This document shows, piece by piece, positions 1 to 8,663 of a DNA stretch of 64,000 nucleotides. The position numbers were made by a program, and so were the translations under genes. The stretch spans positions 3,392,001 to 3,456,000 of the forward strand of contig CAVXRD010000002.1 in assembly GCA_963764165.1 (NCBI GenBank), in the 5' to 3' direction. How positions within the stretch are numbered: position 1 is the first letter of the stretch; each line of letters opens with the position of its first letter. This stretch comes from an uncultured Verrucomicrobiae bacterium. Lineage in GTDB: Bacteria > Verrucomicrobiota > Verrucomicrobiia > Limisphaerales > Palsa-1400. The notes below the pieces were generated by a model, which was not told where the DNA came from, did no database searches, and was given only the letters and a program-made list of their open reading frames with translations.

Positions 1-1212
1 AAAGGTTTGCTGACAGTCCTGCGCAGGGGAAAGGAGCAGCTCGTGCAGGATGCGCTGGACGCTTCCGAGAAATTCTTCGACTCGGTCGAAATGGCTTGCG
101 ACAAAATGGCCGCCGAACGCGAAACGCCGCGTTCAGCCCGGTTCTGGTCCGAGATGCGCATCCGCCAATGCGACATGGTCAAAGATGATCTGACGCTTCA
201 CCTGATTCGCGTGCGGGAGGAAGTCAGCGCGCTCATCAAAACCGTCGATGACAAGGACACCGCCCAGGAGCTGGCGGACTTCAATCGCCGTCTGGAAGAG
301 TTGCGCGGCGCCATCGCGGTTTTCTTAAGCCAGGGCGCGCCGGAGCACGTCTATTGGGTCGAGCGGGCGGGAAAATCGCAGCGCAACATCGCCCTGCACG
401 CGGCGCCAATCAACGTGGCGGATTATTTGCGCGAGCGGCTGTTCGGCGCCGAAACTTCGGTGGTGATGACAAGCGCGACACTGGCCGTTTCATTGACGCC
501 CGAAAATCCCAAGCTCGTAAAATCGTCCTCCAAGGCGCCGCCGCTGATGTATTTCGCGCGGCAGGTCGGCGGGGAAGATTCCAGCCTTGTGCAAGCCGGC
601 TCGCCGTTCGATTACGAGCGGCAAATGAAAATTTACGTCGCCGCCAAAATGCCCGATCCGCGCGAGCCCGCTTACCAGCCGAACCTGATTCGATGGATCG
701 AGCATTTTATTCGCTTGACACACGGAAAAGCGTTTGTGCTCTTCACTAATTACAAGCTGATGCTGGAGGTTGGGCAGCAGATGGAGCCATTCTTCGACGA
801 GCTGGGCGTCGAATGTTTCATTCAAGGCACCGGCACGCCGCGTTCGGTGATGCTCGAGAAATTCAAATCCGACATCAATTCAGTTTTGTTTGGGGCCGAT
901 AGTTTTTGGCAGGGGGTGGATGTGCCGGGCGAATCGCTTTCCAATGTGATCATCACGCGCCTGCCATTCGCTGTTCCGGACCATCCGCTGATCGAGGCGC
1001 GCATGGAAGCCATCGAAGCGCGGGGCGGCAATGCGTTTCGCGAATTCTCCCTGCCGGAGGCAATCTTGAAATTCCGCCAGGGCATCGGGCGGTTGATCCG
1101 GGCCAGAAGCGATTCGGGCATCGTGGCGATTCTGGACAACCGCATTATCACCAAGCAGTACGGCCAGGCATTTTTGGGCTCGATCCCGAAGTGCCCGTTC
1201 GAGGTGGTGTAA
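1..1212 (+). CDS. DinG/YoaA-family ATP-dependent helicase, C-terminal part (5' truncated by window)
   Basis: Motifs VMTSATL, GSPFDY, VLFTNY, SFWQGVDVPG, RLPF, QGIGRLIR, LDNRI are typical of DinG helicase C2 domain; frame open from window edge. Confidence 0.9.
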   Translation, partial: KGLLTVLRRGKEQLVQDALDASEKFFDSVEMACDKMAAERETPRSARFWSEMRIRQCDMVKDDLTLHLIRVREEVSALIKTVDDKDTAQELADFNRRLEELRGAIAVFLSQGAPEHVYWVERAGKSQRNIALHAAPINVADYLRERLFGAETSVVMTSATLAVSLTPENPKLVKSSSKAPPLMYFARQVGGEDSSLVQAGSPFDYERQMKIYVAAKMPDPREPAYQPNLIRWIEHFIRLTHGKAFVLFTNYKLMLEVGQQMEPFFDELGVECFIQGTGTPRSVMLEKFKSDINSVLFGADSFWQGVDVPGESLSNVIITRLPFAVPDHPLIEARMEAIEARGGNAFREFSLPEAILKFRQGIGRLIRARSDSGIVAILDNRIITKQYGQAFLGSIPKCPFEVV

Positions 1213-1218
1213 AACAAA

Positions 1219-1665
1219 ATGTCGGCTTGCCAAACGGCGATTTTGAATCAATCTATCGGCATGGCAGAGCTAGTGAATTTGGTTCATCGCGGCGCGGCAT
1301 CGATCACGCCCAACGTCCTCAAGAGCATCCATAAAAAGCTGCCGTTCCTGAAACTGAAGTTTACGGAGTTTGACGATCCCGCCTACCCCCACCTGACGGA
1401 CCAATTGGAATTTCTCGCCGACGTCGTGGAAGACTTCGCGGAAGGTGTGGAGGATGATTTTCCGTATGCCACAGCGGCGGCGGCGGTTTTCGCGCTGCTG
1501 TATGCGTATCGCCAGCTTGATCTCATTCCCAACGGCATCGCGGAGCAGGGGCTGGCGGATGATTCCGCCGTCGTGCGCGCGGTATTGACCGAGCACGAAA
1601 AAGTGTTCGAGGCTTATGCCGAAAGGCACAAAATGGCATGGGACGAGATCACAGTGGATCCGTAG
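1219..1665 (+). CDS. YkvA/DUF1232-family protein
   Basis: LLY..LDLIPNGI..QGLADD resembles the DUF1232 'DLIPD..G..DD' motif; starts 6 nt after helicase stop. Confidence 0.7.
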   Translation: MSACQTAILNQSIGMAELVNLVHRGAASITPNVLKSIHKKLPFLKLKFTEFDDPAYPHLTDQLEFLADVVEDFAEGVEDDFPYATAAAAVFALLYAYRQLDLIPNGIAEQGLADDSAVVRAVLTEHEKVFEAYAERHKMAWDEITVDP

Positions 1666-1672
1666 CCTTCTT

Positions 1673-1800
1673 GGCAGGGCGAGACTGTGTCGATCCCGGC
1701 ATGGATTTTTCGGAATTCAGCCAGTCAAGGGGGCGCTCGAATTAATTCGGCTTGGCGATGCCTATATATGAGTCACGGCTCGACGGAGTCTCGCCCTACC
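1673..1800. repeat. REP dyad (REPIN-like), family A
   Basis: GGCAGGGCGAGACTGTGTCGATCC ... GGCTCGACGGAGTCTCGCCCTACC inverted arms; related to 14304-14371 and 63817-63943. Confidence 0.75.
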
Positions 1801-2902
1801 GAGTAGCGGCCAGTGACACAATGAGGACGCCGACCATGAACAGCACCAAAACGCCGATTAATATCCACGATTTTGGGCACGCGAAATTAAGCGTCCAGCC
1901 AATGCCGAACCGCTTTTCGACAATTGCCGCAGGATCGTTCGGGTTGTAGTAAATCATTCCCATTTTCCAGCAGGCATCCGGCGTCCTATCTCCCACCGGC
2001 GCGTCATCCGGCGCGGCTTCATTTGTCTTATCCATTCTCCAGCCACCCTGGCCCATCCGGTATCCAATTCCCAGGACGGCTGCGACGATGATGACTTCGA
2101 CGGGGATGATCAGCCAAAATTCTGGAATCGGCGCATTCAAATTCCGACGGAGGGCCGTGATCCCTATCGTGCCCATCAGCAGCGCAATCCAGTATCCCAT
2201 CGCGAGGAGGAAAAACAAAACCGCCCGCACAAATTTTCCCTCGCGAGCGCCTGCCTTGCCATTGCTGTGGATGCGCCGCACTCCATTGCCAACGGCGTAA
2301 GAAATTCCGCAAATGAGCATACAAACCCAAAGGCCGATCATTGGAAGATAAAAGATGGAGACCCATGATTTGGCTGACCAGCCATCCGGCTTGCCTTCCA
2401 CTCCCCAATGAATGGGAACACGCGCCGGAATCTGATCCCACCTCAGCCCAAGAGCGACGGCAACCGCCAGCAAAATCAAAAATGGCCCCGCCTGCCCAAG
2501 CCATCCCCCAGGAAGCGAAACCGTGCGCGGCGCAAGACCCGCTTCGCGAACTGCGGTCGGTTCAATCCGGAATGCCATAACCCTGCGACGAGACAAAATG
2601 AAGGCGGTAAAAAATCCCACCAACTCCACGGCAACGGGGCAAAGAATCCCCGCCAGAATCCACGACTCGGAAAGAAAGAAAAAAGCGAGCGGCAACAATC
2701 CTAATGCAGCAAAAATAAGGATGATCCGCGAGTAACCGCGAAGAATCTCCGCCCCTTCCGGTGTGCCGCGAAAATCTGGTTTCACCGTAACCGAGAAAAA
2801 CAAGTCCGGCCGGGTCAGCCGGGGCGTCATCCAAGTGGAAATGACAATGCACGCCCATGGAAAGAGGGCTGAAAAAATCAAAAAACAATTCGCGTTTTTC
2901 AT
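1796..2902 (-). CDS. DUF1648/DUF5808 multi-pass membrane protein
   Basis: WDQIPARVPIHWG..GKPDGW (DUF1648) and WKMGMIYYNPNDPA..VEKRFGIGWTLNFA (DUF5808); several hydrophobic helices. Confidence 0.85.
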   Translation of the reverse strand: MKNANCFLIFSALFPWACIVISTWMTPRLTRPDLFFSVTVKPDFRGTPEGAEILRGYSRIILIFAALGLLPLAFFFLSESWILAGILCPVAVELVGFFTAFILSRRRVMAFRIEPTAVREAGLAPRTVSLPGGWLGQAGPFLILLAVAVALGLRWDQIPARVPIHWGVEGKPDGWSAKSWVSIFYLPMIGLWVCMLICGISYAVGNGVRRIHSNGKAGAREGKFVRAVLFFLLAMGYWIALLMGTIGITALRRNLNAPIPEFWLIIPVEVIIVAAVLGIGYRMGQGGWRMDKTNEAAPDDAPVGDRTPDACWKMGMIYYNPNDPAAIVEKRFGIGWTLNFACPKSWILIGVLVLFMVGVLIVSLAATR

Positions 2903-3327
2903 GTTGTTCCTTTCCGAAAATTTTTCAACTGGCTGGCCAGGTCCATCAATTGTTTGGCGACCAAATCCTTATCCACGCCATCAGCAATGGCCCGCGCGGC
3001 CAATTCCTGCAGGCGCTGCGCAAAATCTTCGTGTTGCTCCGGCGTGGCGCTTTGCGCCTCACGCGCCCGCACTGTCGCTCCATGGTGGCGCTGCAAATCA
3101 AGCCAGCCTTCCTCCGCCAGCAGCCGGTAGGACTCCGCCGCTGTATTATGATTGACACCCAAGTCCAGCGCCAATTGCCGCACCGTCGGGAGTTTATCGC
3201 CCGGTTTGAATGCGCCCGCCACCAGCAGCGCGCGCAGTCCGTCGAGTATCTGCCGGTAAACCGGCGTGGGGCTTCGGAGATCGATCCGCAGCACCGGCAT
3301 TTCGTTTGCGTCGGCTTTGTGTTCCAT
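2899..3327 (-). CDS. GntR-family (YtrA-like) transcriptional regulator
   Basis: PVYRQI..PGDKLPTVRQLA..LGVNHNT...Y..L..EG wHTH with very short C-terminus; overlaps next gene by 4 nt; start may be 3327 or 3303. Confidence 0.9.
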   Translation of the reverse strand: MEHKADANEMPVLRIDLRSPTPVYRQILDGLRALLVAGAFKPGDKLPTVRQLALDLGVNHNTAAESYRLLAEEGWLDLQRHHGATVRAREAQSATPEQHEDFAQRLQELAARAIADGVDKDLVAKQLMDLASQLKNFRKGTT

Positions 3328-3552
3328 AAGCGTCAACTCAGGCCTTTGACGTTTTTCCCTCTCTCGCCGCCTGCGGGGAGAGAGCCGGAGAGAGGGGAAC
3401 CCGCAAGGCTTTCCAGACTCGCTGTGTTGAATTCCTCGGCATTCGTTTCGCGCAATTCGGCTCCCCTCTCCCTAACCCTTTCCCCGCAAGCGGGGCGAGT
3501 CGATAAGACAAAACTTCACACGTGCTAATAATTATTAATTTGACGCTTATGG
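3324..3552. repeat. Segment bounded by perfect 13-bp inverted repeats, containing CCCTCTCC-type hairpin repeats (3357-3499)
   Basis: CCATAAGCGTCAA (3324-3336) and TTGACGCTTATGG (3540-3552); inner CCCTCTCTCGCC..GGGGAGAGAG..GAGAGGGG / CCCCTCTCCCTAACCCTTTCCCC..CGGGGCGAG. Confidence 0.6.
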
Positions 3553-3562
3553 CCATGTGCAC

Positions 3563-4918
3563 CTAGCGCACGGCTGAAATCCATTGTGCGATATCGTCCA
3601 CCACCGCTTTTTCGACGAAGCCCGGTTGATCATATTCCTGCGGCGTGCTTTTGCCATCGCCCGTCACGAATAAATGATTCAAATGGGGATACCATTTGAA
3701 CGTCACATTCGGCATCGCTGACAGGCCGGATTTCCAGTCGTCGTAATTGCCATGCGTGACCTGATAATCGCGCCCTCCCTGCAAGATCAGCATCGGCAGT
3801 TTCACCGTTTTGGCGGCGGCAACGGGATCGTGCGCCCGCAGATCAAGCCAATAGGCTGGCGGAGCGCCCAGCAATATTGTTGACCTTTCGACATCGGTGT
3901 CCGTGAGCATTTTGATGCGCGCCCTCAGAGTTTCCATCTCGCGCACTTTCGCTTCTCCCTCTGCGCTCTCTGGGGAAAGGGAAGTCAAATAGCGCGTCTG
4001 CTCAACAATGATATCCTCAAGGGGCCGGGTGGCGCCCGCCATCATGATAAGTCCCGCCAATTGCGAATCGCCCAAACCGATGCGCGGCGCGACCGTCGCC
4101 CCCAAACTGTGGCCAAGGACGAATACACGCTTGGGATCAATGCCCGCGACTGCGCGCAATTGCTCCGCCGCCGCCAGCGCGTCATCGATTGTCTCCTCCT
4201 TCACGGTGATATGGCGCGGAGGTTCAGCCATGTATTTCGCGCCATAAACTTTCGTGCGCTTGTCATAGCGCAGGACAGCGATTCCGCGGCTCGCCAGGCC
4301 CCAGGCCAGATCGCGAAAAACTTTGATCCCGCCAACCGATTCATCACGGTCATTTGGGCCGGACCCATGCACTAAAACCACGGCGGGGCATGGCTTCGAG
4401 GTGCTTTCGGCGGGCATGGCCAACGTTCCGGGCAAAGCCCATTCGCCAGAGCCCACCGAAAATTCTCTTTCGCGGAACGCGTTGGTGCGGACATAGGGCG
4501 GCGGGCCTTCGGGATCCACATTGGCATCTGCAGTGGACGGCACGAAAAAGAGGCCGCTGACACGTCCTTCGCTGTTGAGAACGACCTTGGCATCCAGCTT
4601 GGCGCGCTCGAATTCGCAGGTGACAAATGCGATGTCGTATCCGGCGGTCTTGGTCATTCGCGCATGGATTCGCTTTTGATATGCGCCCACCTGGCCTTGC
4701 ACTGATTCCCAAATTGTTTTCAATTTCGCCTCGGGCATGGCCGCTTTCATCGTCCCGTCGCACTGTGCCACTGCGGCGGCGAAATCCTTTCTTGCCATCA
4801 AATCGACAAAGTGTTCGCCAAGGGCTCTGGCATCCGGCGCGGCCGGACAGGATTGAACCGGCGCCATCACCATCGTGAAAACCGCCGCGGCCAAGAGGAG
4901 AAATCCATGTTTCATCAT
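3563..4918 (-). CDS. Secreted alpha/beta hydrolase with N-terminal DUF3887-like domain
   Basis: Signal peptide, VHGSGPNDRD, GHSLG nucleophile elbow, QGGRDYQV, NHLF; start chosen at MMKHG. Confidence 0.85.
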   Translation of the reverse strand: MMKHGFLLLAAAVFTMVMAPVQSCPAAPDARALGEHFVDLMARKDFAAAVAQCDGTMKAAMPEAKLKTIWESVQGQVGAYQKRIHARMTKTAGYDIAFVTCEFERAKLDAKVVLNSEGRVSGLFFVPSTADANVDPEGPPPYVRTNAFREREFSVGSGEWALPGTLAMPAESTSKPCPAVVLVHGSGPNDRDESVGGIKVFRDLAWGLASRGIAVLRYDKRTKVYGAKYMAEPPRHITVKEETIDDALAAAEQLRAVAGIDPKRVFVLGHSLGATVAPRIGLGDSQLAGLIMMAGATRPLEDIIVEQTRYLTSLSPESAEGEAKVREMETLRARIKMLTDTDVERSTILLGAPPAYWLDLRAHDPVAAAKTVKLPMLILQGGRDYQVTHGNYDDWKSGLSAMPNVTFKWYPHLNHLFVTGDGKSTPQEYDQPGFVEKAVVDDIAQWISAVR

Positions 4919-4930
4919 GATATTGTCGTT

Positions 4931-4968
4931 TGTATGCATACAATAGACAATTGTGAGCAGAGTGTCAA
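4931..4968 (-). promoter_or_regulatory. sigma70 promoter overlapped by a YtrA-like palindromic operator
   Basis: Minus strand TTGACA (4968-4963), 17 nt, TATTGT (4945-4940); TGTCTA-N7-CATACA imperfect palindrome at 4949-4931. Confidence 0.6.
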
Positions 4969-5028
4969 ATCGCGGGTGGCGAGAGATGAGCGGCTTTCAA
5001 TTCGCGCTCAATTTCTTCCACCGCAATG

Positions 5029-6096
5029 TCACCAATAACAGCCATTTTCCACCTGTCTGAATCCTCCCGGCGTCTCCTGCGTTGATGGACGCACCCACCA
5101 CTCGTTGTACAAGCCAGCCCCCACGCCGTAATCGTCCCAGCGCTTCCCCTTGATTCCAAATAATAATTGAGTGCTGCCGCCCAAGTGGATTCCCTTTTTC
5201 CCCAGCCGTTTCACATGGGCGGCCAACGGCAGCCCGTAGGCGCCGGCACCGATTATGGCGACATCAAAATGGATCCGGTCAACCGCGGACTTCATCGAGT
5301 CCAATGCATCAAACCATGTCTCAATTCCGGGTGGAGGAGGCGTGCCTGCGATGGTCTGAACTGCCTGCAACGTTTTGAGTTCGAACTCAGGAAGCATTTT
5401 TGGGTTCCGAAACAGCTTTCGCCTGTGGGCCATGTATTGGGACTCAATCGTGGCGCCGAATGGATGGATCACCAGCACCACTTTTCCTTCCAGCGCCGCT
5501 GACCATGGCTCCGCATGCGTGACAGGGAAAAAATCGTCGATTGGAATTCGAGAGGGATTGCGCATCCCCGCTGCCAGGTATTTTTCCTTGTTGAGCCACG
5601 ATGCCAGCACATCGATTTCTTTGATGTCATCGATCATCAGGCGGCAAAAGCGCTCCACCAACCGCACATTCAACGGGAAAAATCCCGAGTCATACACGAT
5701 TCGCCTGAACGTATTGAACTCCCACCAAAAATAGGGAAGCTCGCCTCGAAGAAAGCCCGCCGACCTCTTTAAGAAATTCCCGTGGCTGCGCAGATAATAC
5801 GGAAGGATCGTATCGATTTCGGTGTTGCCAAAGCGCGCCGCCATGAATGGCTTCTGATCCAGCAGCCGCGTGCGAATCAAATCTGAAGCTGACTCCCCCA
5901 AATAACAGGCGGATCGCTTCGCCTCGGGCGAGTTCCAATCCCAAGGGCCGTCTCCATCGTCAGTCCCGACAAACTTTTTTCGAATCCGCCTCAAAACCTG
6001 GTAGAACGGACGCCTGAAGAACCATGAGGCTTGCAGCGGAATCGTCTGCGCCGAGACAGCGTTTCGAGAGGGAGTGGCGTTTTTATTCGCGTCCAT
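5029..6096 (-). CDS. Conserved hypothetical, probable GT-D-like glycan-related enzyme
   Basis: ARFGNTE, EPWSAALEGK.VLVIHPF, DVAIIGAGAYG.PLAAHVK..GK.GIHLGG, ENGCYW resemble proteins of polysaccharide loci. Confidence 0.55.
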   Translation of the reverse strand: MDANKNATPSRNAVSAQTIPLQASWFFRRPFYQVLRRIRKKFVGTDDGDGPWDWNSPEAKRSACYLGESASDLIRTRLLDQKPFMAARFGNTEIDTILPYYLRSHGNFLKRSAGFLRGELPYFWWEFNTFRRIVYDSGFFPLNVRLVERFCRLMIDDIKEIDVLASWLNKEKYLAAGMRNPSRIPIDDFFPVTHAEPWSAALEGKVVLVIHPFGATIESQYMAHRRKLFRNPKMLPEFELKTLQAVQTIAGTPPPPGIETWFDALDSMKSAVDRIHFDVAIIGAGAYGLPLAAHVKRLGKKGIHLGGSTQLLFGIKGKRWDDYGVGAGLYNEWWVRPSTQETPGGFRQVENGCYW

Positions 6097-6451
6097 TATT
6101 GCAAATTGCAAATCGCTTTCCGCGGCGGAAAGCAAAAAAAATCAAGGAATCCGCGCGATGCTTGCTGCGGATTCAACCGGGGCTTGGGGTCGTGAGTCCG
6201 CTGCCAGTCCACCCATTCTAATTTCGCCGCCCCTGTTGCCGAATCTTGCAGGCGGCCTTCGGATCCAGGAGTGATGCTGAGGCGAATTCAGCCAAATGGA
6301 AAGAAGTAAAGAGAGTGGGCGTTTCAAAAAAAAGCTGCCGAGTCCGATCAAACCGGGCCATTCATTGACTTCACCGGAATTGATTGGGACAAGGCAAAAA
6401 CTGTTTATTGACAAGATTCCCAGTGGGGCTGCACCATCGGCTTCTCGTGTT

Positions 6452-6700
6452 ATGAAAAAAAGCAAATGGCCGGACTTCATTGTTACCGTAGCCTTTCGTT
6501 TCATCGGGGGCGCGATCTTGGGATGCGGTGTGGGTCTTCTTTTCGGATTCAAGTTCATATTGCGGGCCTTCGCGCGCAACCATTTGAGCTGGCCGGTCGT
6601 CTTGTTGGGACTTTTCGCCTTGATCGGGGGAATCGTCGCGGCTTGCAATACACCTTATTGGCAAACGCCCTGGTACAAGGGTGTCGACGGGGACAAATAA
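6452..6700 (+). CDS. Small two-TM hypothetical membrane protein
   Basis: 82-aa ORF MKKSKWPDF... with two hydrophobic segments. Confidence 0.5.
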   Translation: MKKSKWPDFIVTVAFRFIGGAILGCGVGLLFGFKFILRAFARNHLSWPVVLLGLFALIGGIVAACNTPYWQTPWYKGVDGDK

Positions 6701-7562
6701 AGCGCCAATCTTCCCGGCCTGCACTGAACGAGCGGTTCAACCAAACACTCGACATCCCTCCCAATGCTGGGCTAATTGTTCCCCCGCATGTCGTTGCAAA
6801 AGTTGCGGTTACTGTTCTGGCTCATGTTGCTTGCCGCCTCATGCTCCACAGGCGCTCGCGCCGAAACAGTGGAGGGGCAATTGCGAACTCTTACCAACCA
6901 TGTCCCGCGAATCGTGCGGCGCCTTAAGGCGAACGGGCGTCTTGAAAGCGCAACCCGCTTGAGCCTCGCGCTGGGGCTGCCGGTGCGCGACCCCAAAGGG
7001 CTGCGCCAGTTGGTGGACGCGGTTTCTGACCCGGCGAATCCCAGCTACCGTCACTACCTGGGAACGGATGAATTCACGCGGCAATTCGGTCCGACGCTGG
7101 AGGAATACGAGAGCCTGAAGTCGTTTGCGAGAGCGAACCATCTAACCATTGCGGGGACTCATCCGAACCGAATGGTAATGGATGTCGACGGATATGCCGG
7201 AGATATCGAGAAGGCATTTCATGTCACGCTCCGCACCTACCAGCATCCGATCAAGGGGCGGACGTTTTACTCGCCCGACGCCGAGCCTTCCCTCCCCGCC
7301 GAAATTCCGTTGGAGGATATCGAAGGCTTGGACAATTACATTCTACCGCAGCCGCAAGGAAGACACGCGCGACTATCGGCAAATAGCGTGTCCGATGCTT
7401 TCACTGGTTCTGGAATCTATGGATATTTCATGGCGTTTGACCTCCGTGCGGCGTATTTGCCCGGGGTAGCACTGCAAGGTTCCGGACAAGAGGTGGGGTT
7501 GCTCGAGTTTGACGGCTATTATCCGGGAGACATTAGCATATACGAACAATCCAACCACATTA

Positions 7563-8663
7563 TTGATCTCTGCATAATATAGTGACACATTATTGTTTTT
7601 ATGCTAATTTTTGGGTATGGGAAATCCTAAAGGCGTAAAACGCGATTTGGCGCAGTTTGCACAACTGGAACGGCGGCGCATGAAAGCCGTCAAACTTTTC
7701 GACCGAGGCTTGAGCCAGGCCGAGGTCGCCCGCCAAGTTGGCGTCCACCGGCAATCGGTCAGCCGCTGGCATAAGGCTTGGCAGGACCATGGCGCGCCCT
7801 CTCTCAAAAAGGCTGGGCGAGCCGGGCGCAAGCCCCGCCTGACCGACGAGAACTTCCGCCAGTTGGAACGGGCCCTCAAACAGGGACCCGAAGCCCATGA
7901 CTTTGGCACCCAGCTTTGGACCACCCGGCGGGTGGCCGCCGTTATCCAACGGTTGACGGGCGTCCAATACCACGAGGACCATGTTTGCCGGCTTCTGCAA
8001 AAGCTGGGTTGGAGCTGCCAGCGGCCCACCACCCAGGCTCGGCAGCGCCATGAGCGGGAGATCACCCGCTGGCGCAAAGTGCGCTGGCCGCAGCTTAAAA
8101 AAAAGCCCTCCGCGAGAGGCGAATCGTGGTTTTCATCGACGAGAGCGGATTGAGCCAGAAGCCGCACCGGGTTCGCACTTGGGCGCCGCGCGGCCAGACC
8201 CCGGTATTGCAGTTCGACTTCAACTGGAAAAAGCTTTCGATCATCGCCGGGGTGACGGTCTGGAACTTTTACTTCCGGCTTTACCCCGGCACCATCAAAG
8301 GCCCGCAGGTGATCGAATTCTTGAAACATCTGCAACGCCACATCCCGGGCAAGCTTCTGGTCATTTGGGACGGTGGTCCCATCCACCGCAGCCGGCTGGT
8401 GCGGGACTATGTGGATCAACTGAAAGGCAAAATCTGGGTGGAACGACTGCCTGCCTATGCGCCCGAACTCAATCCCACCGAGTATGTCTGGGGTTACTTC
8501 AAGCAGCACGAGTTGCCCAATCTTTGCGCGGCCGACCTGGCGAAGTTGAGTCATTGCGGGCGCAAGGCCCTGAGCCGGATGCGGCGCAGACCCAAATTGG
8601 TCACTGCCTTCTGGAAGCAAGCCGAGCTTTGGTGATATTGTCACTATATTATACAGAGATCAA
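7563..8663 (+). mobile_element. IS630-family insertion sequence (1101 bp), TA target duplication
   Basis: TIRs TTGATCTCTGCATAATATAGTGACA / TGTCACTATATTATACAGAGATCAA (1 mismatch); TA at 7561-62 and 8664-65. Confidence 0.92.
7617..8635 (+). CDS. IS630 transposase expressed by -1 frameshift (HTH ORF to 8153; DDE ORF to 8635)
   Basis: HTH (GLSQAEVARQVGV; WT...V) then FIDESG, WDG..H, LPAYAPELNPTE; A-AAA-AAG at 8099-8105. Confidence 0.9.

Noticed and set aside
7604..8644. Long antisense ORFs over transposases (also 35703-37046)
   Set aside because: Shadow frames in GC-rich coding DNA, no motifs
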